A stretch of 64,000 bases of DNA from Leucoraja ocellata (taxonomy: Eukaryota). Position 1 is the stretch's first letter. Every line of letters begins with the position of its first letter. The stretch lies in contig JAWMAR010000007.1 in NCBI GenBank assembly GCA_036785375.1, forward strand, positions 11,160,001 to 11,224,000, read 5' to 3'. Of the stretch, positions 49,230-63,340 are shown in pieces. Below the pieces are notes generated by a model. It was not told the origin of the DNA. It did not search any database and saw only the letters and a program-made list of their open reading frames with translations. The translations under genes were made by a program, and so were the position numbers.

Positions 49230-51980
49230 TTTTACTTCGGAGTCACGTGAGTGACCACGTGAAGAACCCCGCTTACGACGCATGCGTGTCATATCGCTAC
49301 ACGCATTGCAATGAGTCACACCTGGGGAGGACGTCCCCTTGAACGGGAGAAGAGAAAAAGCCGACGAACGGCAGGTAAGTGACTCTGCATTTCAAACTTT
49401 TGTAGGAAATGGCCAGAGTAACTCGGAGAAAGTCTGTGAGGAAGGTGCAGGACGTAAGTTGGGAAGGAGCCGGGGACCTGCAGCAGCAGCCGACGCCACA
49501 GGAGATTCCTATGGAGGAACCAGCTGTGCCCGACTTAAACCCCGCGCCGGCAAAATCTACTTCTCGGCCGGGCGGGAAGGTAAAGCGAAAATTGCATCAC
49601 TATGAAAGTGATATGGTCATGGAGCAGCCAGTAGCGGCCAGTTTTACGGAGCTGGAAAGCCGGTACGAGTGGCTGGAGGATGATCAGCCGCCAGCGACAG
49701 GTGCCCGTGAGTACCGGGACCGTGAGGAGCGGCATGATTATATCGGGCGGCCGGGAGCGACCAGTGCCCGTAGGCATGGGGACCGGCTGCAGGAGAAACC
49801 GCGTGCGACTAGTGCCCGAGAGCACCAAGGTTGGCAGGAGCGGTCGTATAATTTAAAGCACCCGCGATCGACTAGTGCCCGAGAGCATGAAAGTCGGCTG
49901 GAGCGGTTGCTGGAGGAAATTCTCCAGAGTGGCAGGACCCGGGATATGGAGGATAGCCACAGTGGACAAAATATGTCCCACAGCAGATTCCCATAAAGGG
50001 CTGCATGAAATATCATACTCCTCTGAGGAGGGTATTGAAGGTCTGACTGGGTCAGAATCTGAGCAGGAGATGGAGCCACCTTCCCCTATTGAAGGGGAGA
50101 AAACAACCTGCTGGACATGGTGGGCCAGTACTTCCAGCAGGAACAAATGGGAAGGATCTCGAGGCCAGGATGGCTGCCAGTATTGAATATATGTACACCC
50201 ATCAACTTCAAGCCAATACTTTTGCTGAAGTGTTGGCAAGGCATTTACCCCCAGGCAATTGTGGTGCTCTTAATGTAGCCAGTGTCAACCAGTGCATTTG
50301 GAGACATGTTGGGCAAGCCATTAGGAGTCAGGATATTAAAATCCAAAATGCCCTGAAAGGTCTCACGGCGGGCATAACAGCCTTGGCCCGCACATTAGAA
50401 AAGGTGGACATGACTAGTGACCACAAGGATGCCTTAGCACTATTCTGCAACGTGCAGTTTGAACTGAATAATATTAGAAAGGGGGCCATTCAGCCAGCTG
50501 TAGATCCTAAGTTCGCTATACTGTGTAAGCAAAGGGCTATAAGACCTCAAACCCTGTTATTTGGGGGAGACCTGTCCAAACAGGTTAAATATTTGGATGA
50601 GGAGGCCAAGACTTTGGGGCTAATTAGAGCATCCAAAGGATATCTGGGGAAAAGATATCAACCTTAGAGTTTCTCACCAGCCTGCACTATGAAGGACTTA
50701 GTTACAGCACTGTGAATAGTGCCAGAAGTGCATTGTCAAGTTATTTGTGGCAAGGAACAGAAAGACAGTCTGTGGGATCACATCCTCTGGTAGTTAAACT
50801 TTTAAGAGGCATCTTTAACACCAAGCCACCCAAAACAAGATACAACCAAATCTGGGATGTAAGTGTGGTCCTGACCATGCTAAGGAATTGGTCGCCGGCT
50901 ACAGCATTAACTCTGGACAAACTAACTAGGAAAATGGTAATGCTGATGGCGCTGGTCACAGCGCAAAGGGTCCAGTCATTGCAAAAATTAAGACTGGATG
51001 GCTTGACTATGGCAGCAGGAAGTTTGGTTTTTGTGATCCAGGACCTTATTAAACAAAATAGACCAGGATCAGCGGGGCAGGTCATAGAATTTATGGCCTA
51101 CCCGGAGGACGAACGCCTCTGTATAGTGAAGCACATTTAGTTATACATTGAAAGGACAAAGGCTATCAGAGGCAAGGAAATGGCTCTTTTAATCAGCCAT
51201 AAGAAACAGTACCGTAGAGTGTCAACTCAGACCATTTCGCGGTGGCTGAAATATGGATTAAGAAAGGCGGGAGTGGACACTAACATATTTAAATCTCACT
51301 CCACCAGGGCTGCAGCTACATCCGCAACAAAACGCCTTGATGTATCCATGGACCAAATCCTCAGGATTGCAGGATGGTCGTCGGAGAAAACGTTTCAGAA
51401 ATTTTATAACAAACCAGTTAGGAGTATAGGAATGTTTTCGGGAAAAATTTTAAGTTCTGTATGATAATTTATCCCTGAAGAATACAAGGGTTATGATTTG
51501 AATTAATAAAATATTATTTACCATTTACGTTAAATAATTGGTATTACTGTTTTTTTTTAAAATATCATTAACAATTTCTCCCAAACTACCAAGGCAGTTG
51601 TGAAGCATGGACTTGTTCCACGGCATGAGGTCACAGAGCTTTGAAATCTTCACGTAGTCACTCACGTGACTCCGAAGCAAAATAGTAAGATTAAACGAGA
51701 ACTTACCAGTTTGAAGTTTGATCTTTATTTTATGAGGAGGAACATTGAGGGAATACGTGCCCTCCATTCCCACCCTCATATGGTCATATCTTAAACTGGT
51801 ATCTCTTTAATAATCTTACTATCTTAGGTCATTATAGTGTATCTGTGACGTCGCACCGCTGTTTTGAAGGATGACACGCATGCGTCGTAAGCGGGGTTCT
51901 TCACGTATTCCCTCAACGTTCCTCCTCATAAAATAAAGATCAAACTTCAAACTGGTAAGTTCTCGTTTAATCTTACTATT
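49230..51980 (+). mobile_element. DIRS1-like tyrosine-recombinase retroelement with complete termini and RT/RNase H deleted
   Basis: Left ITR (~49230-49292) is complementary to ~51870-51906. The internal complementary region ~51648-51759 is complementary to both ends. Gag-like ORFs 49409-50667 abut the YR region. Confidence 0.9.
50664..51464 (+). pseudogene. DIRS tyrosine recombinase with one in-frame stop (51138-51140)
   Basis: LEFL..GLSYSTVNSARSALS...TAQRVQSL...FKSHSTRAAATS...AGWSSEKTFQKFY. Confidence 0.88.
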
Positions 51981-52124
51981 CTATTGTGTATTGTATGTTC
52001 TTTTTTTCAACTGTATCGCTGCTGGCAAATTCATTTCACTGTGCCTTAGTTGGTGCATGTGACGAATAACTTTGACTGACTTTAAATTTACCATGTCCAC
52101 ATTATAGAATAAGAAGCATGTTGG

Positions 52125-53690
52125 CAGGGCCGGATTTAGATGAAGAGAGGCCCTAAACTATTTCACTTGTGCGTTCCCCCCACCCCTCCCAATCCCCCAC
52201 CCCCACGACTAAAGGACCATGACTACCCGACAGTGACAGTGTGACACTTTTAGATCCTAATGTATGTTGTCATTAAACAGTTGGTTTTAAAATTCATGTT
52301 GGATTCACCACGGAGCGTGCGATGACTTACCTGGATCGCCGTTTGAAGCTCTGGAGTGTTGGGCCTGCTGCTTCAACATCATGGAGCTGTGCTTTGCGGA
52401 GCTCCCAGCCTCGGGCCGCGCTGATTTCAACATCCCTTTGCCGAGGGGCGCCAGCATGAATCTCCGCCCAGCTCAGCCACGGTCTCCGGTAGGAAGTGGC
52501 CGATTCGGAAGTCCAAGCCACTGAGAATGTTCTCCCGTTCCGACGTCGGATGGTGACCCACAAATTTCATTGCACCAATTGATGCATGTGACAATAAGTG
52601 TCTCTTGAATTGAATCTTGAATATTAAGAAATATAGAAACTACAAATACACTAAGAGTAACAATGTTTTTTTCTCGCCTTCTTCATTGCAAAATCATCCA
52701 CAAGTTCACCAAGATCTGTTTGCGTAAGTTGTCACTCTCAATGCACAGAATGCTCATTGCAGCCAACCTCTCTTGATACATTGTGGACCTTAATTCATTT
52801 TTAATTCTTTTGAGTCTTGAAAAAGATCTCTCTCCCGAGCAGTTGGTGACTATTAAGCTAAGAAACAGCCGCAAGATTGCTTCCACATTAGGGAAGGCCA
52901 TCTGAATTGTTTCCTTGTATATTATTTGATAAAGGTCTGTATGAGACAGAGAGTGCTCTTCTGTATGCCTATGGCTTTGTCTGACGTATGAGTGAAAGTG
53001 CAAAAGTTCATCAGTAAGTTTCAGGTCAACATCTTCTGGGTATGCTTCCATCAAATGTTCAACACCTTGCTGAATTTCTTGCTTAGATGTGGTCAGATTA
53101 GCAAGAAAGGAAAACTGTTGTGCAACTTCACTGTACACAATATCTCTTCTTTTTAAATTGGTTTCAAGTGCATCTCGCATAGGAATAAAGGATTTTTTCC
53201 TAAACTTATCTCTTGAAGAGAGTTATCTAAAGCATCAGAACCAGGTGCACTTCCATCATTTCCTTGCCACTTCCTTACTCTTTGTCTCCCTGTGACAGTT
53301 CTGGAATTAACATCTGGCAAGGTGGCCTTTGCTTGTTGCTCAAGCTCATCAAAATCTTCTCTAATTTTGCGTACAAAATCCTGAACTGTACAAACTTGCA
53401 CAAGTACTCAATAACTTGTTTGGATTTCTGAATGGCTTTGTTGACCTTGTGGAAATGACCTAGCAGACGTGTCCAAAAATGCAGCATAAACACAAATTCC
53501 AGTTCTTCCATTTTCTGCAAAAGATTGTTAGCTTGAAGCCTGGTATCACCCTTCACATTAACATCGGAGTACAAATGATTGAGGGCATCAGTGATAGCGC
53601 TGTAACTTTCCAAAATAGCTTCTGTGGCTTTTGCATGTGCCTCCCGTTGGGAACTATTTCTTAAAGAATTGTTCCTTATTGACAATTATA
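52125..53690 (-). mobile_element. hAT transposase remnant with one TIR
   Basis: FPNV...LRLFLSL.VTNCSGERSFSRLKRIKNELRSTM.QERL (hAT dimerisation domain), frameshifted; TIR CAGGGCCGGATT at 52125. Confidence 0.85.
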
Positions 53691-53929
53691 TTGAAAAACC
53701 TGATTCAAATCTGAATCAAATCTGTTTGAAAAAGGCTAACTTATAACTAAACAAATAGGTTCACGTCTTAATAAACAGACAAATCACAAAGCAGTTTGGT
53801 AGACCAATTCAAAACTTTACCAATTATCGTCCGACAGAGATGGCAAGGAAAACAAGCCACAGCCAAGTCAGCAACACGGACACTTGGCTGTCCTCTCTCC
53901 ACTTCCCTGAACACAGGGTTACATGGTAT

Positions 53930-54340
53930 TATATACTGTTGAGGCGGTTGATGTCCCGTCGGCAGTTTATAATAAAATGGTCTAAAGCCGGAAGATGGCT
54001 ATGAGGGGGGGTTCCAAGAGGAGGGGGTCCGTTGGTGATGGGAAAAGGGATCATCAATGGGGGCGAGGACTCATTCCCATGGAAGAAGGGTGTGAGGCGG
54101 AGGCGACGGAAGAAGCGCTCCAAATCACAGCGGGCGCGGAACTCATTGAGGTGGGGATGGAAGGGGACAAAGGTGAGGCCTCTGCTGAGGACAGACCATT
54201 CAGTATCTGAGAGGGGGAGGTCAGGGGGATGGTGAACACACGGCAGGAATGGGGGTTGGGGCCGGAGGAAGGCAGGTGAGTGGACTGAGGCCGAGGCGAT
54301 GTCTGGTGGGGGGGTGGTGGGTGGTCGATGGTCAGGGGGT
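53930..54340 (-). mobile_element. Penelope-like ORF N-terminal fragment
   Basis: PPDLPLSDTEWSVLSRGLTFVP...DLERFFRRLRL. Confidence 0.7.
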
Positions 54341-57300
54341 AGACAATAGACAATAGACAATAGGTGCAGGAGTAGGCCATTCGGCCCTTCGAGCCATCAC
54401 CGCCATTCAATGTGATCATGGCTGATCAACCCCAATCAGTACCCCGTTCCTGCCTTCTCCCCATATCCCCTGACTCCACTATTTTTAAGCCCTATCTAGC
54501 TCTCTCTTGAAAGCATGCAGAGAACCTGCCTCCACCGCCCTCTGAGGCAGAGAATTCCACAGAGTCACCACTCTCTGTGAGAAAAAGTGTTTCCTCGTCT
54601 CCGTTCTAAATGGCTTACTCCTTAATCTTAAACTGTGGCCACTGGTTCTGGACTCCCACAACATCGGGACCATGTTTCCTGCCTCTAGCGTGTCCAAACC
54701 CTTAACAATCTTATATGTTTCAATGAGATGCCCTCTCATCCTTCTAAATTCCAGAGTGTACAAGCCCAGCTGCTCCATTTTCTCAGCATATAACAGTCCC
54801 GCCATCCCGGGAATTAACCTTGTTAACCTCCGCTGCACTCCCTCAATAACAAGAATGTCCTTCCTCAAATTAGGGAACTATAACTGCACACAATACTCCA
54901 GGTGTGGTCTCACTAGAGCTCTGTACAACTGCAGAAGGACCTCTTTGCTCCTGTATTCGATTCCTCTTGTTATAAAGGCCAACATGCCATTCACTTTCTT
55001 CACTGCCTACTGTACCTGCATGCTTACTTTCATAGACTGATGTACAAAGACCCCCAGATCCCATTGCACTTCCCCTTTTCCCAACTTGACGCCATTTAGA
55101 TAGTAATCTGCCTTCCTGTTTTTGATACCAAAATGGATAACCTCATATTTATCCGCATTAAACTTCATCTGTCATGCATCTGCCCACTCCCCCAACCTGT
55201 CCAAGTCACCCTGCATTCTCATAGCATCCTCCTCACAGTTCACACTGCCACCCAGCTTTGTGTCACCTGCAAATTTGCTAATGTTACTTTGAATCCCTTC
55301 ATCTAAATCATTGATGTATATTGTAAATAGCTGCGGTCCCAGTACTGAGCCTTGCGGTACCCCCCTAGTCACTGCCTGCCATTCTGAAAAGTACCCGTTA
55401 ATCCCTACTCTTTGTTCCCTGTCTGCCAACCACTTCTCTATCCATGTCAGCACTCTACCACCAATACCATGCGCCTTAATTTTGCCCACTAATCTCCCAT
55501 GTGGGACCTTATCAAATACTTTCTGAAAGTCCAGGTACACTACATCCACTGGCTCTCCCTTGTCCATTTTCCTAGTTAGATCTTCAAAAAATTCCAGAAG
55601 ATTAGTCAAGCATGATTTCCTCTTTGTAAATCCATGCTGACTCGGACCAATCCTGTTACTGCTATCCAAATGTGCGGCTATCTCATCTTTTATAATTGAC
55701 TCCAGCATCTTCCCCACCACCGATGTCAGGCTAACTGGTCTATAATTCCCTGCTTTCTCTCTCCTGCCTTTCTTCAAAAGTGGGATAACATTAGCTACCC
55801 TCCAATCCACAGGAACTGATCCTGAATCTATAGAACATTGGAAATTTATCACCAATGTGTCCACAATTTCTAGAGCCACTTCCTTAAGTGCCTGGGATGT
55901 AGACCATCAGGCCAAGGGATTTATCAGCCTTCAGTCCCATCAGTCTATCCAACACCATTTCCTGCCTAATGTGGATTTCCTTCAGTTCCTCTTTCACCAC
56001 AGATCCTCTGGCCACTACTAAATCAAGAAGATTGTTTGTGTTCTCCTTAGTGAAGACAGATCCAACGTACCTGTTCAACTCATCTGCCATTTCCTTGATC
56101 CCCATAAAAAATTCACCTTTTTCGGTCTTCAAGGGTCCAACTTTGGTCTTAACTAATTTTTTCCTCTTCACATACCTAAAGAAGCTTTTACTGTCCTGCT
56201 TTATATTCTTGGCTAGCTTACCTTTGTACCTCATCCTTTCTCCCCGTATTGTCTTTTTGGTTATCTGCTGTTGCTCTTTAAACATTACCCAAACCTTTTG
56301 CTTCCCGCTCGTCTTTGCTACGTTGTACTTTTCGCTAAAACATTTATACTGTCCCTGACGTCCCTTGTCAGCCATGGTCACCCCTTACTCCCCTTGGAAT
56401 CTTTCTTCCTCTTTGGAATGAACTGATCCTGCACCTTCTGTATCATTCCTAGAAACACCTGCCATTTTTGTTCCACTGTCATCCCTGCTAGTGTATCTTT
56501 CCAGTCAACTTTGGCCAGCTCCTCCCTCATGGCCCCATAGTCCCCTTTATTCAACTGCAACACTGACACCTCTCCCTCTTCAATTGTACATTAAACCTAA
56601 CCATGTTATGGTCACTGCCTCCTAATGGCTCATTCACCTCAAGGTCCTTTATCAAATCCAGTTCATTACATGACGCTAAATCCAGAATTGCCTTCTCCCT
56701 GGTAGGCTCCAATACAAGCTGTTCAAAGAATCCATCACAAAGGCACTCTACAAAGTCCCTTTCCTGGGGTCCAGTACCAACCTGATTTTCCCAGTCTACC
56801 TGCATGTTGAAATCTCCCATAACACCCACAGCATTACTTTTACTACATGCCAATTTTAACTCCTGATTCAACTTGCGCCCTATGTCCAGGCTACTGTTTG
56901 GGGGCCTGTAGATTAGTCTTTAGGGTCTTTTAACCCTTACAAATTCTTAATTCTATCCATATTGACTCCACATCTCCTGTTTCAATGTCACCCCTTGCAA
57001 GGGACTGAATTTAATTCCTCACCAACAGGGCAACCCCACCCCCTCTGCCCACCTGTCTGTCTTTTTGATAGGAAGTATACCCTTGAATATTCAGTTCCCA
57101 GCCCTGGGCCTCTTGCAGCCATGTCTCAGTAATTCCCACAACATCATACTTGCCAGTTTCTAACTGAGCCTCAATCTCGTCCACCTTATTCCTTATACTT
57201 CGTGCATTCATATACAGTACTTTGACCTCCATATTCACTTCATCCCTCGCACCGCTCGCAATTGGCCCTGACCTTACTCTGTTGTCCATTCTCAAGCTTT

Positions 57301-59480
57301 CCTTCCCATTAATTCAAGAATCTTTTGTAATTTTTCCTGTAGCCACTTCCCCTTCAACTCCATCTTTATACTCCCAATTTGTCAATCCCTCCCCCCCACT
57401 ATTTAGTTTAAACCCACACGTAAAGCCCTAGCAAACTTGCCTGCAAGAATGTCGTTCCCGGTCCAGTTAAAGTAGCAATGTTACAAAATTTTGAGATTTA
57501 AAAAATCAAGTCTGCAATTTATCCCATCAGATAAAGCATAACAATAAGTTTAATTTGACACCTAATTCACTTTCATATCTCAAGTAATAAAAAAGGTATG
57601 GCCATTTTCATACTCGGAAATTAGCATCTTGTTCCCTATTGATTTTCTATGGACATAACAAAAAAGCTGTGATCGTGGACAGTCAAAAGCACATAACCTT
57701 CTTAAAAATTAAGAGAACTGAATGAAATTTTCAGTTATCATAGATTGAAACAAATATAAAATAAAATTCTGAAACAAATATAAAATAATCTAACTTGGAT
57801 GACCTGAAATTAAAGCATATAATTAGTTAGTTACCCAATTGTAGCTAATTTCAAACTTCAATTTACTAGATCTAAACATCTATCCATTTCTTAATAAATG
57901 ATTAACATTTTTAAATAGCCCAAGTGTCCAAATAATATTCACAAATAATTCACAATAAAACATGATTTTTAAATCTCATTCACATCAATTTATAGGCCAA
58001 ATGGAAGGAATTTAGTGTTCAATTGCTGTAAATTAAAGTCAATTTAAATCGGCTTTCTACTGGTTTCCTGTGAACGCGCTGGTTTAGAACGTTCACATTG
58101 CGCTGGATTTGTGCCCTCAAATGCCCAGAAAAATACTGCGGGATATAAAGAGCCCAAAATGAACTACTCGCTATAGAAAACTTTATAAACAGGGTTCTTA
58201 AGAAGCCCCATTTAATGTAAAAATAAGGTACATACCTTTAATTGTTTGCTTTATTAAACCCTGGGGCTGCGAGAGGTTGTTAGTTTAGAGAGTGATTTTT
58301 AAACTACTCTAACTATTTTACAAGGCCATAAAAACTAATAATACCTTTTGCGACGGGGTCTTTCAGCGATTTTCCGTTAATGATTTACTAGGCTGAACAT
58401 TTTCGATTGCAACAGCCTAGTAAAAATTGCGTTTTAAACCCGCCCCCTCTAAACAGCGCCAAAATCACACACAAGGGGTGGGGCAGATGCTCAGCCACGA
58501 TTCAGGTAGGTTTTGTAACATACCTAGTTAAAGTGTAACCCATTCAGTTCACCCCTACCCCAGAAGAGATCCCAGTGGTCTATAAATCTAAATCCTTGCT
58601 CCCTGCACCAGCCCCTCAGCCACACATTCGGATTCCCTATCTCCCTGTTCCTGTCCTCACTAGCAAGTGGTACTGGAAGCAATCCAGAGATAACCACCCT
58701 AGAAGTCCAGCATTTCAGTCTTCTTCCCAACTCTCTGAACTCATGTTGGAGAACCTCATTCCTCTTCTTCCCGATGTTGTTTGTGCCTCTGTGCACAACT
58801 ACTGCCGGCTGTTCACCTTCTCTCTCGAGGATGTTCAGAATTCGGCTCGTGACATCATGAACCCTGACACCAGGGAGGCAACAGACCATCCTCACAACTC
58901 GTCTGCTGCCACAGAATCTCCTGTCCACTCCTCGGACAATGGAGTCACCCACCATTAGGGTTCTGCCCGATGTCTCGCCGGTCGAGTCCCATCTCCAGGA
59001 TTGGAGCCACCGACGTGTCCACCGCTCAGACTGGAAACATTGTCTCCCCGGACAGTTCCTAAGAGGGCGTACCTGTTTTCATTAGGCACAGCCACATGGG
59101 TCTTCTGCACTCCACAAATTCCACCCTTTCTCGCTGTCACACACCTTGGTTCTTCCCGTAACCTCGGCGTGACTACCTCATTGTAGATCCTGTTCAGGAA
59201 ACTCTCGTTTTCCTGGATGGTCCTGAGGTCATCCAGCTGCTTCTCCAGTTCCCCAACACAGTCCTTTAGGAGCTGAAGCTGGACGCACTTGCCACAGTTG
59301 TAGCAGCCAGAGGCTCCATCTGTGTTCCTGGGCTCCACATTCTGCAAGCCTCACACTGTCTCATCTGCCCCGACATGTGTGCACCGTGTTCCGTCCTCTC
59401 GAGCTTTATGCGTAGCCTCCTCTCCTCAGCCTCCCCACCGAAGACTCTCAAGCCAAAGACTCACACTTTTCTCACAAAGC
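54341..59480 (-). mobile_element. Near-full-length degenerate CR1 (ORF1 Zn-finger + esterase, ORF2 APE-RT) interrupted by a MITE
   Basis: QCEACRMW..CGKC, GDSIVRG, YMNARSI, GITETWL, KFAGDTKLGG, MRGHLIETYK; (ATTGTCT)n tail. Confidence 0.93.
57473..58526 (-). mobile_element. MITE copy 2, 7-bp TSD GTTAAAG
   Basis: Reverse complement of 5475-6513; inserted at the end of CR1 ORF1. Confidence 0.92.
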
Positions 59481-59579
59481 CGCTCCCTCACTGCTGCTCC
59501 CTAAGAGCCATCTTGCTTATATTGAGTGATAAAATGCCTAATTTATCAATTTACAAACCAAATTCTTCAGTTTTAAACT

Positions 59580-59843
59580 TTTCCCCCCCTCTGACTCACT
59601 TCTAACTCTCCTCCCACTCGGGCTAGAGCTGATCAGTGCTTTTTCCTGCTTCTCTTTGCTGCTGTTTCTTCAAAATCCACAGGAGCTCTGAGTTAGGTCT
59701 GCCTGTGATTTGCCTCTCCTTTTCAACTGTTTTCCCCCTCTGACTCACTTCTAACTCTCCTCCCACTCGGGCTAGAGCCAATCAGTGATTTTTCCTGCTT
59801 CTCTTTTCTGCTGTTTCTTCAAAATGCACGGGAGCTCTGAGTT
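59580..59843. repeat. Two-copy ~150-bp tandem duplication
   Basis: ctctgactcacttctaactctcctcccactcgggctagagc...ggagctctgagtt occurs twice. Confidence 0.85.
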
Positions 59844-60267
59844 TTTCTTGATACTTCTTGATATGAGCAGTTAGGAGCTGAGATGCAAAAGGTTAGTTTT
59901 TAAATTAAACACCTTATATGTGTGACGGAAAAGAAGGAAATGCAAACAAGATGAACAATTCAATTGGTAGAATAGTAGATATTGAAAAAATGGATAATCC
60001 CACAAGCATTCACTGGAGCTAGTAAAGAGGGGTTATCACCAAGATAGGTTTAATTATAAGAACTTTATTCAATGATGGGTCTATAAAGCAGAATTAAATG
60101 ATGTCAACAGAATTGGAATGTGGTTAATATCAGAGAGCAGAATAAGGATTGAAGGGGAATCATACTCAGATGGTAGACACAAGGAATTGCAAATGCTGAA
60201 ATCTTGCGTACAACACAAAGTGGTGGAGTAACTTAGCATATCAGGCAGTATATGCTAAGTTATATGC

Positions 60268-61108
60268 TAAGGAGATGGTTGTCGACTTCAGGAGGGCGCA
60301 GCCAAAGCATACACCCCTCAACATCAGTGGCACTGCAGTGGAGAGAGTGGAGAGCATAAAGTTCCTCGGTGTGCAAATTACAGACAGCCTCACCTGGTCC
60401 AGGAACACCACTGGGACCGTCAAACGGGCCCATCAGCGCCTGCACTTCCTGAGGAAACTAAAACAGGCCTCACTCCCCACCAACATCCTCAGGACTTTCT
60501 ACAGGGGTACGGTGGAGTCTGTACTCATGTACTGCATAAATACGTGGTACTGCACCTGCAACTGCTCGGACAGGAAGGCTCTGCAGAGGGTAGTGAGGGG
60601 AGCAGAGAGGATCATTGGCATCTCCCTACCCTCGGTACAAGAACTGTTCCAGAGCCGCTGTCTGAAAAAAGCTCAGAGAATTGCTAAGGACAAACTGCAC
60701 CCCCTCCACATACACCTGGATCTCCTGCCATCAGGCAAGAGGTACCGAAGCATCAAAGCCCGGACTACAAGACTGCTAAACAGTTTCCTACCACAGGCTG
60801 TGAGGCTGCTAAACAGTCACTCTGTACTCACAGTCACTTGATTCTGCGGCTGGCACGGCCACTTTAATAACTGGCACTGGCCACTCAAATCAGCTGCCCC
60901 GGACATTTTTATGATTGGTTTATTGTATTTTAACATTGTGTTTTACCTGCTTTTAACTATTTATACTGTTCCATCAGGGACTGGATTGTTTTTAGTGTTA
61001 TTATGTGTGAAATGTTTTAAATTTCATGTGCGATGCTCCGCTATTCACTGGGAAACGTCTTTTCATTTTGCACTGTACAACTGTTGCTTGCAAGATGACA
61101 ATGAAAGG

Positions 61109-61150
<42 letters not shown>
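60268..61150 (+). mobile_element. Rex1/Babar-like LINE 3' fragment with (GATT)n tail
   Basis: KEMVVDFRR...KFLGVQI...FYRGTVESVL...LPSGKRYRSI...NSFLPQAVRLLN, open to stop. Confidence 0.88.
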
Positions 61151-61152
<2 letters not shown>

Positions 61153-61642
61153 ATCTCAGGAGAACATGGATTGGTGACATTTCAGGCCAGGACCCTTCTT
61201 CAGACTGATTGTGGTAGTGGAGAGAAAACTGCAAAACTTGCGGGGAGGTTAAAGCTTTGCAAGTGATGGTGGATAAGAGCAAGGGAGCAGCTGGAATCAC
61301 AGAGGGGAAGCAGTAAGAGGGTGTCACAGAACTTGATACAGAGAGAGGAGGATATCTTCTTCAAAGTAGACATACCTTGTGGAGATATCGCAGTGGAGCA
61401 TGAAATGTAAATACATGGAAATGCAAATGTTGAAATCTTGCATAGACATTGTGTAGAATCATGTCCTCCTCCAACAAAAATCTGCGAAAGACCTGATAGG
61501 CTGATACGAGTGACACCATAACTCGAAGTATGCGTAATTTATTCAAAGCCTCTTTACATCATTTAATTATGTTTTATCTCTGGATTTTCCAATAAAAGAT
61601 GGCTACAATCCAGAGATATCGAGAAAGGGTGACAGCTTTAAT

Positions 61643-62502
61643 TAGGTATGTTACAAAACCTACCTGAATCGTCATTGGGAATCTGCCCACAGCCAGGTCC
61701 GTGATTTTGGCGCTGTTTGGAGGGGGCGGGTTTAAAACGCGATTTTTACTAGGCTGTACTAATCGCAGATGTTCAGCCTAGTAAATCATTAACGAAAATC
61801 GCTGCAAGACCCGGTCGCAAAAGGTATTATTAGTTTTGTAGGCCTCGATAATATAGTTATAATAGTTTTAAAATTACTGTCTGATTCCGCAACCTCTCGC
61901 AGCCCCAGGGTTTAATAAAGCAAACAATTAAAGGTATGTACCTTATTTTTACATTAAATGGGGCATATATATAACCCTATATATCAAGTTATCTATAACG
62001 AATAGTTCATTTTGGGCTTTTTATATCCCGCAGTATTTTTCTCGGCATTTGAGGGCACTAATCCAGCGCGATGTCAACGTTCTAAACCAGCGCGTTCACA
62101 TGAACCCACTAGAAAGCCGATTTAAATGGGCATTTATTTACAGCAATTGAACACTAAATTCCTTCCATTTGGCCTATAAATTAATGTAAATTAGATATAA
62201 AAATCATGTTATATTGTGAATTATTTGTGAATAATCTTTGGACACTTAGGCTATTTAAAAATGTTAATCTTTCCTTAAGAAATGGGCTTTTGACTATCCA
62301 AGATCACAGCTTTTTGTAATGTCCATTGAAAATCAATAGGGAACAAGATGCTAATTTCCGAGTATGAAAATGGCCATAACTTTTTTAATACTTGAGATAT
62401 GAAAGTGAATTTGGTGTCAAATTAAACTTATTGTTATGCTTTATCTGATGGGATAAATTGCAGACTTGATTTTTAAAATCTCAAAATTTTGTAACATTGC
62501 TA
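61643..62502 (+). mobile_element. MITE copy 3 (internally deleted), 7-bp TSD CTTTAAT
   Basis: Same termini and interior as 5475-6513. Confidence 0.92.
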
Positions 62503-62819
62503 CTTTAATGTAAAATTATTATGCAAAATCAATATTATATGCATTTAATACAATTCCGGCAACAACTTCCAATCAATAGGTTGGCTTTCAGGTAGCAGAA
62601 AGAATTGCAGCTGATCAGATGGCACCAGATACATGTTGGCAGTCTGTTAATCTTCCGTCTGGAATAGGAGCAAGCAGCGTATTGTGAACAAAGAATGACG
62701 TCTATGATTTAATAATTTCGATATCATTCTTTAAGTTGACTGTGTGCAAAACAACAGGGTAACTCACTGATCTAATCTTTGCAAACTTGTACTGAGGTAG
62801 CACTACACCATCACAAGTT

Positions 62820-63340
62820 GCACGCATTGAGAATAAGTCAATTAGTTATGATGCAACCTTATAGGACTTTGGTTAGGCTCCATTTGGAGTATGGGTGCAG
62901 TTCCGGTGGCCCCAATATAGGGAGCATGTGGATGCTTAGGAATAGATGCAAAGGAGGTTTACCAGAATGATGCTTGGATTACAGGGTATTGGCTATAAGG
63001 AGAGGTTGTACAGACTTCTCTCTGGAATGTGGGTAGCTGAAGGGAGGCCTGATATTACTATATACATTTATGAGAGGCGCAGATAGGGTAGACATTCAGA
63101 ACCTTTTCCCAGGGTGGAAAAATCAAAGACTACAGGACATAGGTTTAAGGTGAAAGGAACAATGTTTAGAGGAGATGTGCGGAGGATGGTGTTGGTTGGA
63201 ATGTACTGCCAGGGATGATGGTAAATAAGGCAAATATAACAGTGGCATTTAAGAGGCTTTTAGTTAGGCACATCAATAGGCACATTGATATGCAGGGAAT
63301 AGACAGAAATGGACCATGTACAGAGAGATGAGATTAGTCT
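62820..63340 (+). mobile_element. Old CR1 3' fragment
   Basis: YRTLVRLHLEY and following degenerate CR1 motifs. Confidence 0.7.
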
